Positions 37,901 through 46,979 of a stretch of DNA of 64,000 nt are shown in pieces. The notes under the pieces were generated by a model that was not told the DNA's origin, did not search any database, and was given only the letters and a program-made list of their open reading frames with translations. The stretch covers positions 15,742 to 79,741 of the forward strand of contig JBMSEL010000001.1 of NCBI GenBank assembly GCA_049412325.1. Reading direction: 5' to 3'. The stretch comes from Poseidonia sp. (GTDB taxonomy: Archaea > Thermoplasmatota > Poseidoniia > Poseidoniales > Poseidoniaceae). Positions within the stretch are counted from its first letter, which is position 1, and every line of letters begins with the position of its first letter. The translations under genes were made by a program, and so were the position numbers.

Positions 37901-38674
37901 CAAGACGGTGAAATCGAACTCCCTCCTCGAGGCCGGCTTGCTCGGTTATTGGAAGCCGATCTTGCGTTGGAGCATGCGGCCCCCGTGGCGATGGAATGGT
38001 CTCCGCGACGTGAAACGGACCGGTCCGTCATGCTCGATCCCGATGGTGAGGATGAAGCGGCAGGTTTCCGCCTGTTCGGTTACGCCGACCGCGTGGACGT
38101 TGTGGTCCTGCCCGACACCCTCCGTTCGATGCTTGAGGAACAAGGTGTGCTGGGTGATGCCGACCACGACACGCCGTTCCCGCTCCATGATGCACCACGA
38201 GCGGCCCAACGCTTGGTTGTCATTCGTGATTTGAAGACCGTGCGAGGTCCCGACGCAGACTCTGCAGGCTTGCGGCACATGCGCTGCCTGTTTGAAGACC
38301 TCCAGTTGGCCCTCTATGCTCGTGCTTGGGAATTGCTTCACCCCAACGACCGCGTCATCGGCGTTGGCGCCAGCGAAGTGGGCGAGTACACCACGCATTA
38401 TGTTGAACTCGACAGCGACATCGCCTCCTTGCGCGACCATCTGTCCATCGGCGAGTTAACCGAAGTCTTCTCACAACACTTCCCTGCATCCACGCAAACC
38501 GGTGCGGCCACGACGCCCTTCCGACGTTGGATGGCCGAACGCCTTACCGTCGCTCAGCGGGCGGTGGACACCGCTCAACAGGGCCACGTCCACCCCACGC
38601 CGGGTTCGCACTGCAGTTATTGTGCCGTGGCCCATTCCTGTGATGTGTCTGAGTACAGCGGAGGTGATTTCTGA
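34937..38674 (+). CDS. addB: AddB-like subunit of a helicase-nuclease (degenerate helicase part, C-terminal Fe-S PD-(D/E)XK nuclease)
   Basis: No Walker A seen. C-terminal nuclease has WLKCPRQAWL (Cys1), ADRVDVVV..VVIRDLKT, QLALYARAW and CSYCAVAHSC (Cx2Cx5C). The stop overlaps the addA start (TGATG). Confidence 0.8.
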   Translation: MERTPSITSEHVPSGEGLPSWLFDALCNPVEHAPLMILHPTELHRQRTLERLNEAGVVVMPQYHLTLNRLVRLLHVDLRLPVLMDDESSTFMALHARCAAAAENAELPFLYTPGVGSWTLTKTRRLQQLHGELLQLRRPFAWEGDPGAAVFHRLCLETEATAGAMLPALVSRHVLDALHTSTDIPFHLSEVAGLIVLNAAPDFTEVEQDLLTKVSTFTPVHQLLNPGSFRLGYHGAYLVDEQPCTTETLPDWVPPHDAWTGDATTWQTDVGRGRATKVTRLTLDERRHGMQAALTMIQAYRAQHDGQILVVDAGVRDRATAWSNGLASIGLRWHPGSAAMNQQPTHHAVVRAARLAQGMSAWSLESLRGVFFSSVVPFHEDLFPELNHPSEGTWRPQPDATVLDDISRQFHVLGGPGAIARWLGVLAGAEPSFAERRPEEKARALEQTQWWLACLLRTWAPLLSPEDRHLLRRPVVGCTSGVELPMPDLPASGMAWLSWLLSSIDVARFEHRRAPFDAGLGALQTLVEALNAVKSELFRHQLPFEDDGAAFVDLLDHIGSSTELTHQTSRTDRINVVTPDDALGCTADVVLLVGMDVDAWSMRSSITPWLDASAQLELGLFQTDRLVRRGRHHLRHLLNAAPTVVVFDSSPEEGGGPSAPLAEWLSDVQRSGAWDTMRAPPSFLHPSTYEGEGEPRPFRWVVREDGHGSWLTPVMHATANTGAGLRTVRFGFNGRDRRQQLGLDVRSHLAPNAPPNHAAALVHAYEGDVQADRRRRQPLAKHLDEHTSFGWSNREHLASVDAVTLRPTRASLKVNGVAAAEFPHLGHREEKSVSVSVDPRPLPPYVPAETVLSQRFGVLGLPLEREVWSPSRLEAWLKCPRQAWLKQYLRADDDEDMSTEDIDVRIRGQVVHETEAAILQGHGIPMGEEATTPPQPLHLGPMGEGRAGWDAVLDFLQRDVHWLGRHNAVSVHRTKDLIDATPESWQAHQDGEIELPPRGRLARLLEADLALEHAAPVAMEWSPRRETDRSVMLDPDGEDEAAGFRLFGYADRVDVVVLPDTLRSMLEEQGVLGDADHDTPFPLHDAPRAAQRLVVIRDLKTVRGPDADSAGLRHMRCLFEDLQLALYARAWELLHPNDRVIGVGASEVGEYTTHYVELDSDIASLRDHLSIGELTEVFSQHFPASTQTGAATTPFRRWMAERLTVAQRAVDTAQQGHVHPTPGSHCSYCAVAHSCDVSEYSGGDF

Positions 38675-41600
38675 TGATTCAATTCAACAACAGCCAGCGG
38701 CTTGGGTTGGATTTGGACCGACACATCGCCCTTGATGCGGGTGCGGGCACGGGAAAGACGACGGTGATGGCTGAGCGCTATGTTCAGCACCTGTTTGCCG
38801 ATGATCAACGAGCCACGCATGTCACGCCATTGGGGCCGCGAACGCCCCTGTCGGGCCACGGAGCCCTCCGTGCACCCAAACGTGAACGGACGGCACTGCA
38901 AGCATGGCCAGGATTGCTTCCCTCGGAAGTCGTGGCCATCACCTTCACTCGAAAGTCAGCCGCCGAACTCAAAGCCCGTATTCGACATCGCCTCGCTCAA
39001 GCTCGGGCACACGCGCCCTCAACTGAAGACCACGACGGCGTCTTTGACCCCAGGCTTCGAAACGACGGCGATGTGGAAATGCTCCTCTCTGGTTTGGATG
39101 AGGCCCCCATTTCCACCATTGACGCCTTCCTCAGCCAACTGGTCCAACCCTATGTTGACTTGGTGGCCCTCTATCCATCCAACCAGCAGGTGTCAGAGGA
39201 GCGAAAACCGCTGATGGTACAGGACACCCTCCATGCAGTTTGGCGCATTCGTTCCGTCGATGATGCCCGAGAAGCGGGTGTATTGAATCATCATCAAGCG
39301 TTCCTCGACGCTCGCAACCGCCTCGTAACCCGGCTGGGTGGACAGGACCAAGCGGAGATTGTCCTCGGCGGGCTGCTCGGTCGTTCCCTGTTTGTTGAAC
39401 AATCTCATCGGTCCATGATTCAGCGGGCTGAGGACATGGGCTTGGCTTGGAACGGACGAGGACCTGCCCCCGTGAGCGTGCTGCTCAACACCATTGCCGA
39501 GCCGGTGGTCGATCTCCTTCCTGATTTCATTGAGGAATTGCAACGGCGGTTGTGCGATTGGGTACAGACATTCTTGCCCTATCATGCCAATTGCATTGCA
39601 CCGGCCGAGGGCATCACGACGTTGACTCGATTCAACCATCTTGTACGGGTCACCTCTCAACCTCTCCCAACCGAGGCTGGTGAGCAACTCTCGTGGGTTT
39701 GGAAGGCCTTACTCGGGATTGCCACCGCCTCTGGCTTGGTCAAACCGTCATGCACGTTCTTTCCCAGAGATGCCCTTCCCAACGGAAACGGCTGGCCATC
39801 GGGTATGACCTCAAAAACAGGGTCTACCGGCCTCACCAAGGACGAGAAGAACACCCTTTACGAGGCCGGAAAGGCGCATCTTCCAGGCCTACGTACCCTC
39901 CTGAACTCCGCCAACGGGACGCTCATTCGCTTGCTGGCTCGATCCGCCTTCTTGCTCAACCCGATGGACGGCTTTGACGGCATGCCGCTGGACAGCCCCC
40001 TTCGATTGGACCCCTTGGTGGATCCGCTGCCCAGCGAAGCAGGTGATCGAGGCACCTATGTTTCCGCCGACCTCCAGGTCCAAGTGCTCAGCGACCTCCA
40101 CGTCATTCACGCTGCGTGCAATCAAATCCTCGCTCGAAGAAAATCGCTCGATAACATGCATGATTTCGATGACATGCAGCGTTTTGCTGCCGATTTGTTG
40201 CTCGCCCGGTGCCCCGACATCTGCCGGCATCGTTACCCGCCGGCTGTCATCGATGCGTTGGACGGGCTCGGCGATGAGCCGTGGACCGATGCCCACATCG
40301 CCCGCGCGCTGACATTGCTCAACGACCGCCCGAAATTGCTCGAGGACCTGCAACGTCGCGTGGCTATTCTGGGCGAACTCCGTCGCCAGTACCGTGCGTT
40401 CATCATCGATGAATATCAGGACACCAACCCATCCCACTACCGTTTGCTCGCCCGTTTGTGGGGTCGCCGCCGACGTCATCCGGATGACCCTGCGGGCCCA
40501 CTGGGTGCTTGGGACCCAACCGTGTGCATTGTCGGGGACATGAAACAGAGCATCTACCGTTTCCGTCAAGCCGAAGTGTCCGTGATGCGACGGACGGTGG
40601 AAGCCATTCGTCAGTTCAACATCGACGAGGAGGGCGAAACACGGCTCAATCATTTACGCGAGGCAGGTTGCGGGCGTGATCCGCGTCCTGTCGGCAGTGG
40701 AGGTGAAACCGGGTCGTTTTCCAACGAACACAGCGGTGAGGTATCAGCCCCGCATACCTTTGTTCGCTTTGACGAGGAAGACCAAGCGGGTCAACCTTCC
40801 ATCGTCGGCCACCGCTTGCTGCGCCGATCCGAAGGTCATGTTGATTTGACCTCCAACCATCGAACCCGCCACGATTTGATGGAGACCATGAACGACATGT
40901 TCGACGAGGTCTTTGACCCTCGCTACCACGACCTCCCAGGCGATTGGCACGCTGAAGCCCAACGGCTTCGGCCCGCTCGAGCCACCGAGCAGCCCGGTGT
41001 GTTGGAATGGCTCCTTCCAATCCCGGGGGCCATCACCGAAGTCCCCCTCGACTTGGACGTGGCCGTGAACACCTTCGCCGACCCGAATGCTTCGCAGGTT
41101 CATCTTGAACACGAATTGCTCGCTGACCGCCTCCATGCCCTGCTGAACGGCGCCTCCACAAGGGTGTGGGACAGTCATAACGCGTCGTGGACCGAGGTCA
41201 CCGAAACGGGCGCGCCGGTTCGGCCACAAGACATCATGATCCTGATCAATTCACGCAAGCATCTTCCAGATTTGGTCGACCGCCTTCGTGCTCGAAACAT
41301 TCCGGTCATGGCCGACCGACAGGGGCTGTTGTCCATGCAACCCGTCGTTCAGCCGTTGATGGCGATGTTGGCCTTGATGGCCCGACCGACCATGCGAAAA
41401 GCGGGTGTTGAACTCGCCAGGTCAGCCGTGGTCGGTCTATCGGAACGTCAAGTTCACGATGCCATGGTCTCGCTTGAGGACGGTGCCGAGGTTTTACCTC
41501 ATTTGATCGACCATGCACCATCCGAAGCGGTCCGGTCTCTCTTGACCCATCTACACGAACTCATGGGCTGGGGTGCCCTGTACGACGTGTTCGACGCTGT

Positions 41601-43608
41601 TCTCGACCATTCCGATTTGCTGGTGGCCTACCCTGATGACGCCCAACGGCAATTTGCCGAAGCATGGGTGGGCATCGTCCAATCCATCGGCAACGACACC
41701 GGCCATGATGCAGCTGCCATGTACCGTCGCATGGTCGAGGTTCGAGCGTTGGGCCGACAAGGCCCTCAAGCCATCACTCAACCTGATTCATCGGCCGTTC
41801 AGATCATGACCATTCACGGTTCCAAAGGATTGCAAGCGCCGGTGGTGGTGGTTTCGGGATTGTTTGCAGCAGGCAAGGCCGATGCCAGCATGTCAGTGCA
41901 GGACAACATTCTCGTCACCCCGCAGGTACTGGCCGGACGGATTCAACCTTGGCGGGCGAAGGACCGCCCAGAGGACGGTTTGTGGGCGTTTGCGGCCGAG
42001 ATGAACAAGGCTCAGGACAAGGCAGAACTCCGACGGAAATTCTATGTCGCGCTGACCAGGGTCAAAGACCGCCTTATCATCACGGGAAGCCCGGGCAACC
42101 GTTCGACCTTTGACGAAGAGAACGGAACGCTCTCGGTTCGGTTTGCTCCTGACCCTCGAACGATGGGTCGGATGTTCATCGAAGGACTGCGAAGGGCAAC
42201 ATGGTGCGCTGGTGGTGATGCCCCGTGGGTGTCTGAGGCTGAACTTGAGGCAACCGCGCTCCCACCTTTCTCCTCACATCAGCATCAAACAGCCCTCGAT
42301 CCGAGCGCCATGTTGAACGGTTCACAGCTCGGACAGAACGGGTTGTGCGGTTTGCGTTTGTATCATCATCCGTTGTGTTTTGACACCGTGGACACCCCTT
42401 CACCTCAACAGCGTGCTCGGGCGTTGGCCTCCCATCTTGAGACCATGGAGGCCACCGGTTTCACAACGGCCCCCCCGCTTCGCCTTCAAGAGAACATCAA
42501 GGGCGCTGCGCATCACCTCGATGCCACCTTTGCCTGCCCTCGCCGGTATTGGTTGGAACATGTACGGGGGTGGTCAACCGAACCCTTCCTTCTCCCGCAG
42601 GCTTCGACAGCACCACCTCCACAGCGAGCATGGCCCGAGCCCACCACGTTTGGTCTGATGATGCACCGGGTGTTGGAAATCGGTCTGCGAAATCCCCGCG
42701 CAAAGGATGAGAACACGCCGTTGTTGGATGCCTCATGGCTGCATGAGGCCGATGAGGACCTCGCTTCGGACGAGACCGTAGGGCGCGTCATGAACGAATT
42801 TGGATTTGGGCCTGAACAACACCCCTCCACCCCAGAAGCATCGTGGCGGGACCGGTTGATGCATCTGAGTTCGCTCATTGATCGTGGCCTGCTCGGTCAG
42901 TGGGTGCAGGGGTCAGCAGTGCAAGGCTGGACGGTTGAAGCCGTGAGGACTGAACTTCCGTTCTTCCACCGTGAGCGTCTCCACCGCGAGACTCCGTCGG
43001 GTGAACCCGAACAGGATGAGCAGCAAAGGCCCTCGGTGGTTGAGCATGTGAACATGGATTTCAGCGGTCGTGCCGATTTGGTGTTGGCGTTGGTCGACGA
43101 ACACGGGCAAGGGGCCCTGAAGGTGGTGGACCTCAAAACGCGAGGTTGTTTGGGGGCCTTCAACGCTGAAGAACCATCCAAAGGCCATCCGCTCCAAAGG
43201 GTGGGTCCCGAGGAAACCAACCCCGTTCCTCAAAGCGATGAGGAAGCATCAATCCTCCATGAACATCGCTTGCAACTCACCTTGTATTCGGTGGCCTTGG
43301 AAGCGATTGAAGCTCGAAAACCAGCGGGTGAGCGCCGACGCATCCTTCCTCCCGCGCTGCTTTTGGGTGCCAACGGCCGAATGGTGGAATTGTCCGAGGG
43401 CGCCTTTGACCAGGCCAAAGCGGATTTGATGGCGCATTTGGACTGGCGTGCATCGGTTCACCTCGAGGCACATCACGACGAACCCAAGCGCCTCTCGCCG
43501 GGGTCGATGGCGTGCCAGCAGTGTGCGTTTTATCGTGGAGATTTACGCCGCTGCGCCCCCGAAGGCGAACCGTTGGGATTTGTCAGTCGTCTTGGCGATG
43601 AGCCGTGA
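38674..43608 (+). CDS. addA: AddA/UvrD-family ATP-dependent helicase-nuclease (1644 aa)
   Basis: Walker A DAGAGTGKTTV; motif II FIIDEYQDTNPSHY; VGDMKQSIYRFRQA; SNHRT; MTIHGSKGLQAPVVVV; YVALTRVKDRLII. C-terminal RecB-type nuclease GRADLVLA..LKVVDLKT and QLTLYSVAL, plus Cys in FACPRRYW and CQQCAFYRGDLRRC. Confidence 0.9.
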   Translation: MIQFNNSQRLGLDLDRHIALDAGAGTGKTTVMAERYVQHLFADDQRATHVTPLGPRTPLSGHGALRAPKRERTALQAWPGLLPSEVVAITFTRKSAAELKARIRHRLAQARAHAPSTEDHDGVFDPRLRNDGDVEMLLSGLDEAPISTIDAFLSQLVQPYVDLVALYPSNQQVSEERKPLMVQDTLHAVWRIRSVDDAREAGVLNHHQAFLDARNRLVTRLGGQDQAEIVLGGLLGRSLFVEQSHRSMIQRAEDMGLAWNGRGPAPVSVLLNTIAEPVVDLLPDFIEELQRRLCDWVQTFLPYHANCIAPAEGITTLTRFNHLVRVTSQPLPTEAGEQLSWVWKALLGIATASGLVKPSCTFFPRDALPNGNGWPSGMTSKTGSTGLTKDEKNTLYEAGKAHLPGLRTLLNSANGTLIRLLARSAFLLNPMDGFDGMPLDSPLRLDPLVDPLPSEAGDRGTYVSADLQVQVLSDLHVIHAACNQILARRKSLDNMHDFDDMQRFAADLLLARCPDICRHRYPPAVIDALDGLGDEPWTDAHIARALTLLNDRPKLLEDLQRRVAILGELRRQYRAFIIDEYQDTNPSHYRLLARLWGRRRRHPDDPAGPLGAWDPTVCIVGDMKQSIYRFRQAEVSVMRRTVEAIRQFNIDEEGETRLNHLREAGCGRDPRPVGSGGETGSFSNEHSGEVSAPHTFVRFDEEDQAGQPSIVGHRLLRRSEGHVDLTSNHRTRHDLMETMNDMFDEVFDPRYHDLPGDWHAEAQRLRPARATEQPGVLEWLLPIPGAITEVPLDLDVAVNTFADPNASQVHLEHELLADRLHALLNGASTRVWDSHNASWTEVTETGAPVRPQDIMILINSRKHLPDLVDRLRARNIPVMADRQGLLSMQPVVQPLMAMLALMARPTMRKAGVELARSAVVGLSERQVHDAMVSLEDGAEVLPHLIDHAPSEAVRSLLTHLHELMGWGALYDVFDAVLDHSDLLVAYPDDAQRQFAEAWVGIVQSIGNDTGHDAAAMYRRMVEVRALGRQGPQAITQPDSSAVQIMTIHGSKGLQAPVVVVSGLFAAGKADASMSVQDNILVTPQVLAGRIQPWRAKDRPEDGLWAFAAEMNKAQDKAELRRKFYVALTRVKDRLIITGSPGNRSTFDEENGTLSVRFAPDPRTMGRMFIEGLRRATWCAGGDAPWVSEAELEATALPPFSSHQHQTALDPSAMLNGSQLGQNGLCGLRLYHHPLCFDTVDTPSPQQRARALASHLETMEATGFTTAPPLRLQENIKGAAHHLDATFACPRRYWLEHVRGWSTEPFLLPQASTAPPPQRAWPEPTTFGLMMHRVLEIGLRNPRAKDENTPLLDASWLHEADEDLASDETVGRVMNEFGFGPEQHPSTPEASWRDRLMHLSSLIDRGLLGQWVQGSAVQGWTVEAVRTELPFFHRERLHRETPSGEPEQDEQQRPSVVEHVNMDFSGRADLVLALVDEHGQGALKVVDLKTRGCLGAFNAEEPSKGHPLQRVGPEETNPVPQSDEEASILHEHRLQLTLYSVALEAIEARKPAGERRRILPPALLLGANGRMVELSEGAFDQAKADLMAHLDWRASVHLEAHHDEPKRLSPGSMACQQCAFYRGDLRRCAPEGEPLGFVSRLGDEP

Positions 43609-44263
43609 GAACCAGCGTTCCCGCCCAACCTTCCTTTGCACCCACCTGTTCTGCTTTGATGTCGGTGAAGCCCGCTTCCTGAAGCCCGCTGGTCCATGAT
43701 TCCATGCTCAAGAGCGCCATGTGAACGTTGAGTGAAGGCCCCCAGTCGTGGCTGGACGGGTTTTCCGTGTAGTGGTCGACCCCAATGACCAGGCGGCCGC
43801 CAGGCTTCATCCACTCATCGTGCATGGTCTTGAGAAAACTCAGCGGGTCATCGAGGTAATACAGGCACTCCATGGTGTGAATCAAATCAACGGGTTCGGC
43901 CGGCTTCCAAGCCGGTAGCATGGCTTCCACGTAATCACCTTCCGGGTCAACCGCCCGTGCCTTGGCGATCATCGATGGTGCCCCGTCCACACCGCTGGCA
44001 TGGCGGCACAACTCGTGGGCGGCGAGGCGCCGGACGACCCAACCGTTTCCACAACCGATGTCCACCGCCGTGAACGGACGACTCCATCCGTCAAGCAAAC
44101 GTTCCAGCATCACCTCAACGCTGGCGCTATGACCGCGTTCCATGCCTTCGTCGCGACCGACATCGGCCCATTCGCTGAACAAATCCGTCGCTGGGCGCAG
44201 GCTCATGCAAGGTGACCACCCACGGCGTCTCATGAAGGTGTTCATGGCGAAAGGAAGATGCAC
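43583..44263 (-). CDS. class I SAM-dependent methyltransferase
   Basis: Motif I VDIGCGNGWVV; post-I GVDGAPSMI; later GGRLVIGV. The start may be ATG 44206. The 3' end overlaps the addA 3' end by 26 nt (convergent). Confidence 0.75.
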   Translation of the reverse strand: MHLPFAMNTFMRRRGWSPCMSLRPATDLFSEWADVGRDEGMERGHSASVEVMLERLLDGWSRPFTAVDIGCGNGWVVRRLAAHELCRHASGVDGAPSMIAKARAVDPEGDYVEAMLPAWKPAEPVDLIHTMECLYYLDDPLSFLKTMHDEWMKPGGRLVIGVDHYTENPSSHDWGPSLNVHMALLSMESWTSGLQEAGFTDIKAEQVGAKEGWAGTLVLTAHRQDD

Positions 44264-44283
44264 GGCGTTGCTTTCGAAGGTCC

Positions 44284-45246
44284 ATGCTTGACACCACCAC
44301 GACGCTGGCCGATGTTCTCTACCCTCCCATCGAGGCGCACACCACCGGCATGCTGGCCGTATCGGCTTTGCACACCATCGCGTGGGAACAGAGTGGAAAC
44401 CCAGAAGGCATTCCTGTGGTGGTCATCCACGGCGGCCCCGGCGGTGGCGGCCAACCGTCCTATCGGCAATACTTCGATCCCGAGGCGTTCAACATCGTGC
44501 AGTTTGACCAGCGAGGCTGCGGTCAATCCACACCTTACGCCGAACTGGAAGACAACAACACCCACGCCTCGGTGAACGACTTGGAAGCCTTGCGTGAACA
44601 CCTGGGCATCGAGACATGGCACGTGTTTGGGGGCTCGTGGGGCTCCACCCTGTCACTCATCTATGCGCAGCACCATCCCGAACGGGTCAGAAGTTTGGTT
44701 CTTCGCGGCATTTTCATGTGTCGAAGGTCAGAACTTCATTGGTTCTATCAGGACGGGGCCAGCCACATCTTTCCCGATGCATTCGGCCCCTACCGGGACC
44801 ACATTCCCGAAGCAGAGCAAGGCGACCTGATTCGAGCATACTACGCCCGCCTGACCAGCGATGACGTTGAGGTCCGCCGTGCGGCCGCCAAAGAATGGAC
44901 GCGTTGGGAGATGGCCACCAGTCGACTCTTCCCCGACCCGGAATACCTTGACAAGGCCGAAGACCTTGATTTCGCTGTGGCGTTTGCCCGCATTGAGTGC
45001 CACTACTTCATCAACGCCATTTTCGTTGAGGAGGCCTACATCCTCAACCACGTCGATGCCATCCAACACATCCCCACGGTCATCGTTCAAGGTCGCTACG
45101 ACGTGGTCTGCCCTCCTCGCAGTGCATGGGAACTTCACCAAGCCATGCCGAAGAGCCAGTTGGTCATGGTCCCCGATGCGGGCCATTCCATGGGTGAGGT
45201 CAGCATTGCTCGTGAACTGGTGGCCGCAACCGACGCCCTTCGCTGA
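44284..45246 (+). CDS. pip: proline iminopeptidase
   Basis: VVIHGGPGGG, FDQRGCGQS, nucleophile GGSWGSTL, C-terminal DAGHS. 320 aa. Confidence 0.9.
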   Translation: MLDTTTTLADVLYPPIEAHTTGMLAVSALHTIAWEQSGNPEGIPVVVIHGGPGGGGQPSYRQYFDPEAFNIVQFDQRGCGQSTPYAELEDNNTHASVNDLEALREHLGIETWHVFGGSWGSTLSLIYAQHHPERVRSLVLRGIFMCRRSELHWFYQDGASHIFPDAFGPYRDHIPEAEQGDLIRAYYARLTSDDVEVRRAAAKEWTRWEMATSRLFPDPEYLDKAEDLDFAVAFARIECHYFINAIFVEEAYILNHVDAIQHIPTVIVQGRYDVVCPPRSAWELHQAMPKSQLVMVPDAGHSMGEVSIARELVAATDALR

Positions 45247-45324
45247 CCAAAAAACCGGCCAAGGCGTGCGAAATCGGTGCGCTTTCGAGCGTCGGCTTGA
45301 TAGGGAGGAGTGAACTCGGTGAAG

Positions 45325-46110
45325 ATGGAGGCTTGGCCTCCGGGTGAAGACATGACGGAAGGAACCATCACACCTGAGGTCCAAATCAAGCAACTCGAGG
45401 AAGCCTTGGCAACCGAAACCGACCGCTTGCAGAAACTCTTCGCCGCTTACGAAACGCAGGAGAAAGAACTCGTTGACGCCAAGGCCGAAATCGAGGTGCT
45501 CGAGAAGGAAATCATCGACCGTGAAATCGAGAAAGAATCGCTCGAATCCATCATCGCCGAGAAGGACGTACGGGTTCGCGAACTCGAGATGAAGGCCACG
45601 AAGAACTCCAAGCGTGTTGAGCACCTTGAGCCTGAACTCGAGAAGATGGAAGAGAAGTACTCCCGAGAAAAGGACCGGTTGGGCAAGGTCTTCGGCATTG
45701 CTGAAGAACTGGACAACGACCTCCGATTGGCCGTCACCGAAATGAAGGCCCGTGACGACTGGTATGTCGCCCACATGCAGATCTTTGAAGACTTGAACAA
45801 GGCCATCAAGGAGCGCTACGAGATGATCGAGCGCGCCGTTGAATCCGAGCGAAAATCACAGCACATGTCCCGTGCATTCACCGAGCGTGTGGAGGAAATG
45901 GTTCAGGCACGTTCCGAAGAGATGGCCGAAGAAGAAGCCGTCGTCGCCGAGGCTGAAGAAGCCACAGCGGCCGTTGAGGTCGTTGAAGAGGCGCCTGCTG
46001 AAGTCGAGGCCGAAGAGCCCGCTCAGGACGAGGCGGCAGCAGAAACTCCAGCCGAAGAAGCGGCACCTGCTTCGTGGGGCGACAGCCAAGACCCCTGGGC
46101 CTCGGAGTAG
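45325..46110 (+). CDS. coiled-coil protein with an acidic Ala/Glu-rich tail
   Basis: Heptad-like EKELVDAKAEIEVLEKEIIDREIEKESLESIIAEKDVRVRELE. The tail is EEAVVAEAEEATAAVEVVEEAPAEVEAEEPAQDE. Start ambiguous (GTG 45310/45319 or ATG 45325) behind SD GGGAGGAG. Confidence 0.55.
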   Translation: MEAWPPGEDMTEGTITPEVQIKQLEEALATETDRLQKLFAAYETQEKELVDAKAEIEVLEKEIIDREIEKESLESIIAEKDVRVRELEMKATKNSKRVEHLEPELEKMEEKYSREKDRLGKVFGIAEELDNDLRLAVTEMKARDDWYVAHMQIFEDLNKAIKERYEMIERAVESERKSQHMSRAFTERVEEMVQARSEEMAEEEAVVAEAEEATAAVEVVEEAPAEVEAEEPAQDEAAAETPAEEAAPASWGDSQDPWASE

Positions 46111-46118
46111 GTGATTCA

Positions 46119-46979
46119 ATGACCGGGTTGGCCCCCGGTGGGCACAGCCCCGTCCTCATGTTGTCCATGATGGGCGTCAGTGCCCTCATCATTGGCTCCA
46201 TCATCAACCCGCTCGCTGGCTTGGTGCCCCTGTTTGGCATGGGCTGTCTCATGGCGGCCGTGTTCATGGGCTATTTTTGGCGGGACCCTGACCGTCCAAT
46301 TCCTCGTACACCGGGCGCCTTGGTTTCCCCTGCGGACGGCCACGTCATGTTCCTGCGCAGGGAACGCGCAACGGGCCGACGGCCCAACAAAGAAGAAATG
46401 GAAAGCGGGCGTTGTGAGCACGACCCGTTGACAGGGGACTGGTTCCCTGAACCGCTGGACAACCCGCTCAGTCTGGCCACCGAGCAGCGATTTGAATCCG
46501 TACCCGCTGGTGAGGAATCAGCCACCGATGTCTGGCGTATGGCGGTGTTCATGTCACCTCTCGACGTACATGTCAACCGAGCTCCTGGCGCAGGGACCAT
46601 TGAGCGCATTGAACACCGAACAGGGAAAGGGCTGCGTCGCGGCCCTTTCCGACCTGCCTACACCAAAGAGAGCGAACATAACGAACGGGTCCGGTCCGTC
46701 CATCACTTGGAAAACGGCCTTCGAATTGAGGTCACGCAAATCTCAGGAGCGCTCGCAAGAACCGTCGTACCCTATCTCTACGACGGCGACACCGTTCGGC
46801 GCGGTCAACGCATCGGCATGATTCGTCTGGGCTCAAGAGTGGACCTTCGCGTCCCAGCAGAGGCATACATTACTTCAATCATCACCGCGGAGGACAAGCA
46901 CAAGGAGCACCCCAAAGGCATGCATGTGATGGCAGGAAGCACCGTGGTGTTCCAAGAAAAACAGGTGGAAGAAGAATGA
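46119..46979 (+). CDS. psd: phosphatidylserine (archaetidylserine) decarboxylase proenzyme
   Basis: N-terminal TM helices; FMSPLDVHVNRAP; pyruvoyl-forming cleavage site region GMIRLGSRVDL. Trimmed to ATG 46119, after the upstream stop. Confidence 0.85.
   Translation: MTGLAPGGHSPVLMLSMMGVSALIIGSIINPLAGLVPLFGMGCLMAAVFMGYFWRDPDRPIPRTPGALVSPADGHVMFLRRERATGRRPNKEEMESGRCEHDPLTGDWFPEPLDNPLSLATEQRFESVPAGEESATDVWRMAVFMSPLDVHVNRAPGAGTIERIEHRTGKGLRRGPFRPAYTKESEHNERVRSVHHLENGLRIEVTQISGALARTVVPYLYDGDTVRRGQRIGMIRLGSRVDLRVPAEAYITSIITAEDKHKEHPKGMHVMAGSTVVFQEKQVEEE

Noticed and set aside
44728-45774. 348-aa ORF on the minus strand
   Set aside because: It spans the antisense of both pip and the coiled-coil gene, and the pip motifs (GGPGGG, GGSWGSTL) clearly define the plus strand as coding.
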